From Laetmonice hystrix (lineage: Eukaryota), in the NCBI GenBank assembly GCA_965235115.1, contig OZ249436.1, positions 52,020,001 through 52,084,000 of the forward strand: 64,000 bases of DNA, written 5' to 3'. The position numbers were made by a program, and so were the translations under genes. Positions within the stretch are counted from its first letter, which is position 1, and each line of letters starts with the position of its first letter. Below are positions 26,657 through 38,800 of the stretch, piece by piece. The notes below the pieces were generated by a model. The model was not told the origin of the DNA and did no database searches. It saw only the letters and a list, made by a program, of their open reading frames with translations.

Positions 26657-29600
26657 GCAGGCACCTGTGGCTCTGAGGCGAGAGACAGGTTAAAGCAATG
26701 ATAAGCGAAGAAAGGCTACATTTTTGATACCTCCAATCGAACCTACGCCCCCCCCCCCATAATTATGATTCTTAGGCCAGATGTATGACTATCAAACGTA
26801 TAGGTCTCGTACGTTCGCTACAGATATATCTGGTTGTGATGTGTAGGCCAATGTACACTTCCCATTTGAGTACCTTTTCCAGATTTTAACATTAGATGCT
26901 CCTCGCCTGTAGCTTTCTTTTTCCACAACCTCACTGTAGTGTTTGCATGGCTACTACGCCAGTCTGTAAGATGTAGGGACTTCTCACTCTACTGGTTGGC
27001 CTCCTACACTGCTTGGCCCCACAGTGTACTGTTTGGCCTCACTGTAGTGTTCGCTTGGCTGCTAGGCCGGCCAGTATACCCTGTAGCGATTGCCCCTGTA
27101 CTGTTTGGCCTCCCTGTACCGTTTGCTTGTATACAAGAGTAGTCAGTAGTATAGGGACGCCTCATGTTTCATGTTTCCCTGCCTTTATTGTCCAGGAGGC
27201 AGGCCATACGTTTCGTCTATATCATCTACTCCAATCTAACCTGTGTCCCCTACAGACCATCTGTAAGCGTCCGACAACGTTGTCAGGTCGTCCCAATGAC
27301 TGTTTGCCGTCAAGGTTTAGTTAACAATGGCAAATGACGTTGTACGCCTTTTCTATATCAGATATCCCATCCCCAAGTAACAAACAAACAAAGAAGGATG
27401 ACACAGAGATGTTGCAGGCAGAAAACACCAGGGTGCAGTGAAGGGGCGGCGGCCGCTGCGACTGCACTGCTACCTTCCGGCTAGCGGTGAAACCACCACC
27501 TGGCCGGGCTGGCAGGCACCTGTGGCTCTGAGGCGAGAGACAGGTTAAAGCAATGATAAGCGAAAAAAAGGCTACATTTTTGATACGTCTAATCGAAACT
27601 ACGCCACCCATAATTATGATTCTTAGGCCAGATGTATGACGATCAAACGTATAGGTCTCGTACGTTCGCTACAGATATATCTGGTAAGTTGTGATGTGTA
27701 GGCCAATGTACACTTCCCATTTGAGTATCTTTTCCAGATTCTAACATTAGATGCTCCTCGCCTGTAGCTTTCTTTTTCCACAACCTCACTGTAGTGTTTG
27801 CATGGCTACTACGCCAGTCTGTAAGATGTAGGGACTTCTCACTCTACTGGTTGGCCTCCTACACTGCTTGGCCCCACAGTGTACTGTTTGGCCTCACTGT
27901 AGTGTTCGCTTGGCTGCTAGGCCGGTCAGTATACCCTGTAGCGATTCCCCCTGTACTGTTTGGCCTCCCTGTACCGTTTGCTTGTATACAAGAGTAGCCA
28001 GTAGTATAGGGACGCCTCATGTTCCATGTTTCCATGCCTTTATTGTCCAGGAGGCAGGCCATACGTTTCGTCTATATCATCTACTCCAATCTAATCTGTG
28101 TCCCCTACAGACCATCTGTAAGCGTCCGACAACGTTGTGAGGTCGTCCCAATGACTGTTTGCCGTCAAGGTTTAGTTAACAATGGCAAATGACGTTTTAC
28201 GCCTTTTCTATATCAGATATCATATCCCCAAGTAACAAACAAACAAGGAAGGATGACACAGAGATGTTGCAGGCAGAAAACACCAGGGTGCAGTGAAGGG
28301 GCTGCGGCCGCTGCGACTGCACTGCTACCTTCCGGCTAGCGGTGGAACCACCACCTGGCCGGGCTGGCAGGCACCTGTGGCTCTGAGGCGAGAGACAGGT
28401 TAAAGCAATGATAAGCGAAGAAAGGCTACATTTTTTTATACGTCCAATCGAAACTACGCCCCCCGATAATTATGATTCTTAGGCCAGATGTATGACTATC
28501 AAAAGTATAGGTCTCGTACGTTCGCTACAGATATATCTGGTTGTGATGTGAAGGCCAATATACACTTCCCATTTGAGTACCTTTTCCAGATTTTAACATT
28601 AGATGCTCCTCGCCTGTAGCTTTCTTTTTCCACAACCTCACTGTAGTGTTTGCATGGCTACTACGCCAGTCTGTAAGATGTAGGGACTTCTCACTCTACT
28701 GGTTGGCCTCCTACACTGCTTGGCCCCACAGTGTACTGCTGGCCTCACTGTAGTGTTCGCTTGGCTGCTAGGCCGGCCAGTATACCCTGTAGCGATTCCC
28801 CCTGTACTGTTTGGCCTCCCTGTACCGTTTGCTTGTATACAAGACTAGCCAGTAGTATAGGGACGCCTCATGTTTCATGTTTCCATGCCTTTATTGTCCA
28901 GCAGGCAGGCCATACGTTTCGTCTATATCATCTACTCCAATCTAATCTGTGTCCCCTACAGACCATCTCTAAGCGTCCGACAACGTTGTCAGGTCGTCCC
29001 AATGACTGTTTGCCGTCAAGGTTTAGTTAACAATAGCAAATGACGTTTTACGCCTTTTCTATATCAGATATCCCATCCCCAAGTAACAAACAAACAAAGA
29101 AACATGACACAGAGATGTTGCAGGCAGAAAAACCAGGGTGCAGTGAAGGGGCGGCGGCCGCTGCGACTGCACTGCTACCTTCCGGCTAGCGGTGGAACCA
29201 CCACCTGGCCGGGCTGGCAGGCACCTGTGGCTCTGAGGCGAGAGACAGGTTAAAGCAATGATAAGCGAAAAAAGGCTAAATTTTGATACGTCCAATCGAA
29301 ACTACGCCCCCCATAATTATGATTCTTAGGCCAGATGTATGACTATCAAACGTATAGGTCTCGTACGTTCGCTACAGATATATCTGGTTGTAATGTGTAG
29401 GCCAATGTACACTTCCCATTTGAGTATCTTTTCCAGATTTTAACATTAGATGCTCCTCGCCTGTAGCTTTCTTTTTCCACAACCTCACTGTAGTGTTTGC
29501 ACGGCTACTATGCCAGTCTGTAAGATGTAGGGACTTCTCACTCTACTGGTTGGCCTCCTACACTGCTTGGCCCCACAGTGTACTGTTTGGCCTCACTGTA

Positions 29601-32561
29601 ATGTTCGCTTGGCTGCTAGGCCGGTCAGTATACCCTGTACCGATTCCCCCTGTACTGTTTGGCCTCCCTGTACCGTTTGCTTGTATACAAGAGTAGCCAG
29701 TAGTATAGGGACGCCTCATGTTTCATGTTTCCATGCCTTTATTGTCCAGGAGGCAGGCCATACGTTTCGTCTATATCATCTACTCCAATCTAATCTGTGT
29801 CCCCTACAGACCATCTGTAAGCGTCCGACAACGTTGTCAGGTCGTCCCAATGACTTGTTTGCCGTAAAGGTTTAGTTAACAATGGCAAATGACGTTTTAC
29901 GCCTTTTCTATATCAGATATCCCATCCCCAAGTAACAAACAAACAAAGAAGGATGACACAGAGATGTTGCAGGCAGAAAACACCAGGGTGCAGTGAAGGG
30001 GCGGCGGCCGCTGCGACTGCACTGCTACCTTCCGGCTAGCGGTGGAACCACCACCTGGCCGGGCTGGCAGGCACCTGTGGCTCTGAGGCGAGAGACAGGT
30101 TAAAGCAATGATAAGCGAAGAAAGGCTACATTTTTGATACGTCCAATCGAAACTACGCCCCCCCCCCCCATAATTATGATTCTTAGGCCAGATGTATGAC
30201 TATCAAACGTATAGGTCTCGTACGTTCGCTACAGATATATCTGGTTGTGATGTGTAGGCCAATGTACACTTCCCATTTGAGTACCTTTTCCAGATTTTAA
30301 CATTAGATGCTCCTCGCCTGTAGCTTTCTTTTTCCACAACCTCACTGTAGTGTTTGCATGGCTACTACGCCAGTCTGTAAGATGTAGGGACTTCTCACTC
30401 TACTGGTTGGCCTCCTACACTGCTTGGCCCCACAGTGTACTGTTTGGCCTCACTGTAGTGTTCGCTTGGCTGCTAGGCCGGCCAGCATACCCGGTAGCGA
30501 TTCCTCCTGTACTGTTTGGCCTTCCTGTACCGTTTGCTTGTATACAAGAGTAGTCAGTAGTATAGGGACGCCTCATGTTTCATGTTTCCATGCCTTTATT
30601 GTCCAGGAGGCAGGCCATACGTTTCGTCTATATCATCTACTCCAATCTAATCTGTGTCCCCTACAGACCATCTGTAAGCGTCCGACAACGTTGTGAGGTC
30701 GTCCCAATGACTGTTTGCCGTCAAGGTTTAGTTATGACACAGAGATGTTGCAGGCAGAAAAACCAGGGTGCAGTGAAGGGGCGGCGGCCGCTGCGACTGC
30801 ACTGCTACCTTCCGGCTAGCGGTGGAACCACCACCTGGCCGGGCTGGCAGGCACCTGTGGCTCTGAGGCGAGAGACAGGTTAAAGCAATGATAAGCGAAA
30901 AAGGGCTACATTTTTTTATACGTCCAATCGAAACTACGCCCCCCATAATTATGATTCTTAGGCAAGATGTATGACTATCAAACGTATAGGTCTCGTACGT
31001 TCGCTACAGATATATCTGGTTGTGATGTGTAGGCCAATGTACACTTCCCATTTGAGCATCTTTTCCAGATTTTAACATTAGATGCTCCTCGCCTGTAGCT
31101 TTCTTTTTCCACACCCTCACTGTAGTGTTTGCATGGCTACTACGCCAGTCTGTAAGATGTAGGGACTTCTCACTCTACTGGTTGGCCTTCTACACTGCTT
31201 GGCCCCACAGTGTACTGTTTGGCCTCACTGTAGTGTTCGCTTGGCTGCTAGGCCGGCCAGCATACCCGGTAGCGATTCCCCCTGTACTGTTTGGCCTTCC
31301 TGTACCGTTTGCTTGTATACAAGAGTAGCCAGTAGTCTAGGGACGCCTCATGTTCCATGTTTCCATGCCTTTATTGTCCAGGAGGCAGGCAATACGTTTC
31401 GTCTATATCATCTACTCCAATCTAATCTGTGTCCCCTACAGACCATCTGTAAGCGTCCGACAATGTTGTCAGGTCGTCCCAATGACTGTTTGCCGTAAAG
31501 GTTTAGTTAACAATGGCAAATGACGTTTTACGCCTTTTCTATATCAGATATCCCATCCCCAAGTAACAAACAAAGAAAGAAAGATGACACAGAGATGTTG
31601 CAGGCAGAAAACACCAGGGTGCAGTGAAGGGGCGGCGGCCGCTGCGACTGCACTGCTACCTTCCGGCTAGCGGTGGAACCACCACCTGGCCGGGCTGGCA
31701 GGCACCTGTGGCTCTGAGGCGAGAGACAGGTTAAAGCAATGGTAAGCGAAAAAAGGCTACATTTTTGATACGTCCAGTCGAAACTACGCCCCCCATAATT
31801 ATGATTCTTGGGCCAGATGTATGACTATCAAACGTATAGGTCTCGTACGTTCGCTACAGATATATCTGGTTGTGATGTGTAGGCCAATGTACACTTCCCA
31901 TTTGAGTACCTTTTCCAGATTTTAACATTAGATGCTCCTCGCCTGTAGCTTTCTTTTTCCACAACCTCACTGTAGTGTTTGCATGGCTACTACGCCAGTC
32001 TGTAAGATGTACGGACTTCTCACTCTACTGGTTGGCCTACTACACTGCTTGGCCCCACAGTGTACTGTTTGGCCTCACTGTAGTGTTCGCTTGGCTGCTA
32101 GGCCGGTCAGTATTCCCTGTAGCGATTCCCCCTGTACTGTTTGGCCTCCCTGTACCGTTTGCTTGTATACAAGAGTAGCCAGTAGTATAGGGACGCCTCA
32201 TGTTTCATGTTTCCATGCCTTTATTGTCCAGGAGGCAGGCCATACGTTTCGTCTATGTCATCTACTCCAATCTAATCTGTGTCCCCTACAGACCATCTGT
32301 AAGCGTCCGACAACGTTGTCAGGTCGTCCCAATGACTGTTTGCCGTAAAGGTTTAGTTAACAATGGCAAATGACGTTTTACGCCTTTTCTATATCAGATA
32401 TCCCATCCCCAAGTAACAAACAAACAAAGAAGGATGACACAGAGATGTTGCAGGCAGAAAACACCAGGGTGCAGTGAAGGGGCGGCGGCCGCTGCGACTG
32501 CACTGCTACCTTCCGGCTAGCGGTGGAACCACCACCTGGCCGGGCTGGCAGGCACCTGTGG

Positions 32562-32832
32562 GTGGGGTGGGTGGGTATTTGGGGTTTTACGCCTTGCAAC
32601 AGCCAGGGTCATATCACGGCGGTGAAGATGAGATGAAAGTCAGTTTTTCTTGGTGGAGGAAACCGGAGTACCCGGAGGAAACCACCGACCTTCGGGAAGG
32701 AACTGACTGACAAACCTTTCACACATGCAGCCCAGGCCGGGAATCGAACCAGGGTCGCAGCGGTGTGAGGCGATGGTCCTAGGTGTCATGATGGAGCCGA
32801 CACCTTAGACCACTCGGCCACCCGAGGCCCCC
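32562..32832 (-). mobile_element. tRNA-derived SINE, copy 5
   Basis: Same element, site and TSD; 6176 bp from copy 4. Confidence 0.95.
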
Positions 32833-35800
32833 GCAGGCACCTGTGGCTCTGAGGCGAGAGACAGGTTAAAGCAATGATAAGCGAAGAAAGGCTACATTTT
32901 TGATACCTCCAATCGAACCTACGCCCCCCCCCCCCCATAATTATGATTCTTAGGCCAGATGTATGACTATCAAACGTATAGGTCTCGTACGTTCGCTACA
33001 GATATATCTGGTTGTGATGTGTAGGCCAATGTACACTTCCCATTTGAGTACCTTTTCCAGATTTTAACATTAGATGCTCCTCGCCTGTAGCTTTCTTTTT
33101 CCACAACCTCACTGTAGTGTTTGCATGGCTACTACGCCAGTCTGTAAGATGTAGGGACTTCTCACTCTACTGGTTGGCCTCCTACACTGCTTGGCCCCAC
33201 AGTGTACTGTTTGGCCTCACTGTAGTGTTCGCTTGGCTGCTAGGCCGGCCAGTATACCCTGTAGCGATTGCCCCTGTACTGTTTGGCCTCCCTGTACCGT
33301 TTGCTTGTATACAAGAGTAGTCAGTAGTATAGGGACGCCTCATGTTTCATGTTTCCCTGCCTTTATTGTCCAGGAGGCAGGCCATACGTTTCGTCTATAT
33401 CATCTACTCCAATCTAACCTGTGTCCCCTACAGACCATCTGTAAGCGTCCGACAACGTTGTCAGGTCGTCCCAATGACTGTTTGCCGTCAAGGTTTAGTT
33501 AACAATGGCAAATGACGTTGTACGCCTTTTCTATATCAGATATCCCATCCCCAAGTAACAAACAAACAAAGAAGGATGACACAGAGATGTTGCAGGCAGA
33601 AAACACCAGGGTGCAGTGAAGGGGCGGCGGCCGCTGCGACTGCACTGCTACCTTCCGGCTAGCGGTGAAACCACCACCTGGCCGGGCTGGCAGGCACCTG
33701 TGGCTCTGAGGCGAGAGACAGGTTAAAGCAATGATAAGCGAAAAAAAGGCTACATTTTTGATACGTCTAATCGAAACTACGCCACCCATAATTATGATTC
33801 TTAGGCCAGATGTATGACGATCAAACGTATAGGTCTCGTACGTTCGCTACAGATATATCTGGTAAGTTGTGATGTGTAGGCCAATGTACACTTCCCATTT
33901 GAGTATCTTTTCCAGATTCTAACATTAGATGCTCCTCGCCTGTAGCTTTCTTTTTCCACAACCTCACTGTAGTGTTTGCATGGCTACTACGCCAGTCTGT
34001 AAGATGTAGGGACTTCTCACTCTACTGGTTGGCCTCCTACACTGCTTGGCCCCACAGTGTACTGTTTGGCCTCACTGTAGTGTTCGCTTGGCTGCTAGGC
34101 CGGTCAGTATACCCTGTAGCGATTCCCCCTGTACTGTTTGGCCTCCCTGTACCGTTTGCTTGTATACAAGAGTAGCCAGTAGTATAGGGACGCCTCATGT
34201 TCCATGTTTCCATGCCTTTATTGTCCAGGAGGCAGGCCATACGTTTCGTCTATATCATCTACTCCAATCTAATCTGTGTCCCCTACAGACCATCTGTAAG
34301 CGTCCGACAACGTTGTGAGGTCGTCCCAATGACTGTTTGCCGTCAAGGTTTAGTTAACAATGGCAAATGACGTTTTACGCCTTTTCTATATCAGATATCA
34401 TATCCCCAAGTAACAAACAAACAAGGAAGGATGACACAGAGATGTTGCAGGCAGAAAACACCAGGGTGCAGTGAAGGGGCTGCGGCCGCTGCGACTGCAC
34501 TGCTACCTTCCGGCTAGCGGTGGAACCACCACCTGGCCGGGCTGGCAGGCACCTGTGGCTCTGAGGCGAGAGACAGGTTAAAGCAATGATAAGCGAAGAA
34601 AGGCTACATTTTTTTATACGTCCAATCGAAACTACGCCCCCCGATAATTATGATTCTTAGGCCAGATGTATGACTATCAAAAGTATAGGTCTCGTACGTT
34701 CGCTACAGATATATCTGGTTGTGATGTGAAGGCCAATATACACTTCCCATTTGAGTACCTTTTCCAGATTTTAACATTAGATGCTCCTCGCCTGTAGCTT
34801 TCTTTTTCCACAACCTCACTGTAGTGTTTGCATGGCTACTACGCCAGTCTGTAAGATGTAGGGACTTCTCACTCTACTGGTTGGCCTCCTACACTGCTTG
34901 GCCCCACAGTGTACTGCTGGCCTCACTGTAGTGTTCGCTTGGCTGCTAGGCCGGCCAGTATACCCTGTAGCGATTCCCCCTGTACTGTTTGGCCTCCCTG
35001 TACCGTTTGCTTGTATACAAGACTAGCCAGTAGTATAGGGACGCCTCATGTTTCATGTTTCCATGCCTTTATTGTCCAGCAGGCAGGCCATACGTTTCGT
35101 CTATATCATCTACTCCAATCTAATCTGTGTCCCCTACAGACCATCTCTAAGCGTCCGACAACGTTGTCAGGTCGTCCCAATGACTGTTTGCCGTCAAGGT
35201 TTAGTTAACAATAGCAAATGACGTTTTACGCCTTTTCTATATCAGATATCCCATCCCCAAGTAACAAACAAACAAAGAAACATGACACAGAGATGTTGCA
35301 GGCAGAAAAACCAGGGTGCAGTGAAGGGGCGGCGGCCGCTGCGACTGCACTGCTACCTTCCGGCTAGCGGTGGAACCACCACCTGGCCGGGCTGGCAGGC
35401 ACCTGTGGCTCTGAGGCGAGAGACAGGTTAAAGCAATGATAAGCGAAAAAAGGCTAAATTTTGATACGTCCAATCGAAACTACGCCCCCCATAATTATGA
35501 TTCTTAGGCCAGATGTATGACTATCAAACGTATAGGTCTCGTACGTTCGCTACAGATATATCTGGTTGTAATGTGTAGGCCAATGTACACTTCCCATTTG
35601 AGTATCTTTTCCAGATTTTAACATTAGATGCTCCTCGCCTGTAGCTTTCTTTTTCCACAACCTCACTGTAGTGTTTGCACGGCTACTATGCCAGTCTGTA
35701 AGATGTAGGGACTTCTCACTCTACTGGTTGGCCTCCTACACTGCTTGGCCCCACAGTGTACTGTTTGGCCTCACTGTAATGTTCGCTTGGCTGCTAGGCC

Positions 35801-38800
35801 GGTCAGTATACCCTGTACCGATTCCCCCTGTACTGTTTGGCCTCCCTGTACCGTTTGCTTGTATACAAGAGTAGCCAGTAGTATAGGGACGCCTCATGTT
35901 TCATGTTTCCATGCCTTTATTGTCCAGGAGGCAGGCCATACGTTTCGTCTATATCATCTACTCCAATCTAATCTGTGTCCCCTACAGACCATCTGTAAGC
36001 GTCCGACAACGTTGTCAGGTCGTCCCAATGACTTGTTTGCCGTAAAGGTTTAGTTAACAATGGCAAATGACGTTTTACGCCTTTTCTATATCAGATATCC
36101 CATCCCCAAGTAACAAACAAACAAAGAAGGATGACACAGAGATGTTGCAGGCAGAAAACACCAGGGTGCAGTGAAGGGGCGGCGGCCGCTGCGACTGCAC
36201 TGCTACCTTCCGGCTAGCGGTGGAACCACCACCTGGCCGGGCTGGCAGGCACCTGTGGCTCTGAGGCGAGAGACAGGTTAAAGCAATGATAAGCGAAGAA
36301 AGGCTACATTTTTGATACGTCCAATCGAAACTACGCCCCCCCCCCCATAATTATGATTCTTAGGCCAGATGTATGACTATCAAACGTATAGGTCTCGTAC
36401 GTTCGCTACAGATATATCTGGTTGTGATGTGTAGGCCAATGTACACTTCCCATTTGAGTACCTTTTCCAGATTTTAACATTAGATGCTCCTCGCCTGTAG
36501 CTTTCTTTTTCCACAACCTCACTGTAGTGTTTGCATGGCTACTACGCCAGTCTGTAAGATGTAGGGACTTCTCACTCTACTGGTTGGCCTCCTACACTGC
36601 TTGGCCCCACAGTGTACTGTTTGGCCTCACTGTAGTGTTCGCTTGGCTGCTAGGCCGGCCAGCATACCCGGTAGCGATTCCCCCTGTACTGTTTGGCCTT
36701 CCTGTACCGTTTGCTTGTATACAAGAGTAGTCAGTAGTATAGGGACGCCTCATGTTTCATGTTTCCATGCCTTTATTGTCCAGGAGGCAGGCCATACGTT
36801 TCGTCTATATCATCTACTCCAATCTAACCTGTGTCCCCTACAGACCATCTGTAAGCGTCCGACAACGTTGTCAGGTCGTCCCAATGACTGTTTGCCGTCA
36901 AGGTTTAGTTAACAATGGCAAATGACGTTGTACGCCTTTTCTATATCAGATATCCCATCCCCAAGTAACAAACAAACAAAGAAGGATGACACAGAGATGT
37001 TGCAGGCAGAAAACACCAGGGTGCAGTGAAGGGGCGGCGGCCGCTGCGACTGCACTGCTACCTTCCGGCTAGCGGTGAAACCACCACCTGGCCGGGCTGG
37101 CAGGCACCTGTGGCTCTGAGGCGAGAGACAGGTTAAAGCAATGATAAGCGAAAAAAGGCTACATTTTTGATACGTCTAATCGAAACTACGCCACCCATAA
37201 TTATGATTCTTAGGCCAGATGTATGACGATCAAACGTATAGGTATCGTACGTTCGCTACAGATATATCTGGTAAGTTGTGATGTGTAGGCCAATGTACAC
37301 TTCCCATTTGAGTATCTTTTCCAGATTCTAACATTAGATGCTCCTCGCCTGTAGCTTTCTTTTTCCACAACCTCACTGTAGTGTTTGCATGGCTACTACG
37401 CCAGTCTGTAAGATGTAGGGACTTCTCACTCTACTGGTTGGCCTCCTACACTGCTTGGCCCCACAGTGTACTGTTTGGCCTCACTGTAGTGTTCGCTTGG
37501 CTGCTAGGCCGGTCAGTATACCCTGTAGCGATTCCCCCTGTACTGTTTGGCCTCCCTGTACCGTTTGCTTGTATACAAGAGTAGCCAGTAGTATAGGGAC
37601 GCCTCATGTTCCATGTTTCCATGCCTTTATTGTCCAGGAGGCAGGCCATACGTTTCGTCTATATCATCTACTCCAATCTAATCTGTGTCCCCTACAGACC
37701 ATCTGTAAGCGTCCGACAACGTTGTGAGGTCGTCCCAATGACTGTTTGCCGTCAAGGTTTAGTTATGACACAGAGATGTTGCAGGCAGAAAAACCAGGGT
37801 GCAGTGAAGGGGCGGCGGCCGCTGCGACTGCACTGCTACCTTCCGGCTAGCGGTGGAACCACCACCTGGCCGGGCTGGCAGGCACCTGTGGCTCTGAGGC
37901 GAGAGACAGGTTAAAGCAATGATAAGCGAAAAAGGGCTACATTTTTTTATACGTCCAATCGAAACTACGCCCCCCATAATTATGATTCTTAGGCAAGATG
38001 TATGACTATCAAACGTATAGGTCTCGTACGTTCGCTACAGATATATCTGGTTGTGATGTGTAGGCCAATGTACACTTCCCATTTGAGCATCTTTTCCAGA
38101 TTTTAACATTAGATGCTCCTCGCCTGTAGCTTTCTTTTTCCACACCCTCACTGTAGTGTTTGCATGGCTACTACGCCAGTCTGTAAGATGTAGGGACTTC
38201 TCACTCTACTGGTTGGCCTTCTACACTGCTTGGCCCCACAGTGTACTGTTTGGCCTCACTGTAGTGTTCGCTTGGCTGCTAGGCCGGCCAGTAGGCCTAT
38301 ACCCTGTAGCGATTCCCCCTGTACTGTTTGGCCTCCCTGTACCGTTTGCTTGTATACAAGAGTAGCCAGTAGTATAGGGACGCCTCATGTTTCATGTTTC
38401 TATGCCTTTATTGTCCAGGAGGCAGGCCATACGTTTCGTCTATCATCTACTCCCATCTAATCTGTGTCCCTTACAGACCATCTGTAAGCGTCCGACAACG
38501 TTGTGAGGTCGTCCCAATGACTGTTTGCCGTCAAGGTTTAGTTAACAATGGCAAATGACGTTGTACGCCTTTTCTATATCAGATATCCCATCCCCAAGTA
38601 ACAAACAAACAAGGAAGGATGACACAGAGATGTTCCAGGCAGAAAACACCAGGGTGCAGTGAAGGGGCGGCGGCCGCTGCGACTGCACTGCTACCTTCCG
38701 GCTAGCGGTGGAACCACCACCTGGCCGGGCTGGCAGGCACCTGTGGCTCTGAGGCGAGAGACAGGTTAAAGCAATGATAAGCGAAAAAAGGCTACATTTT

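Larger units (their letters stand above)
24949..36800. repeat. Higher-order repeat: about two copies of a 7-monomer (~6.18 kb) unit containing one SINE
   Basis: Variant monomers recur at +6176 to +6178 (25799/31975, 26939/33117, 27794/33972, 29493/35671). Ends are approximate. Confidence 0.88.
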
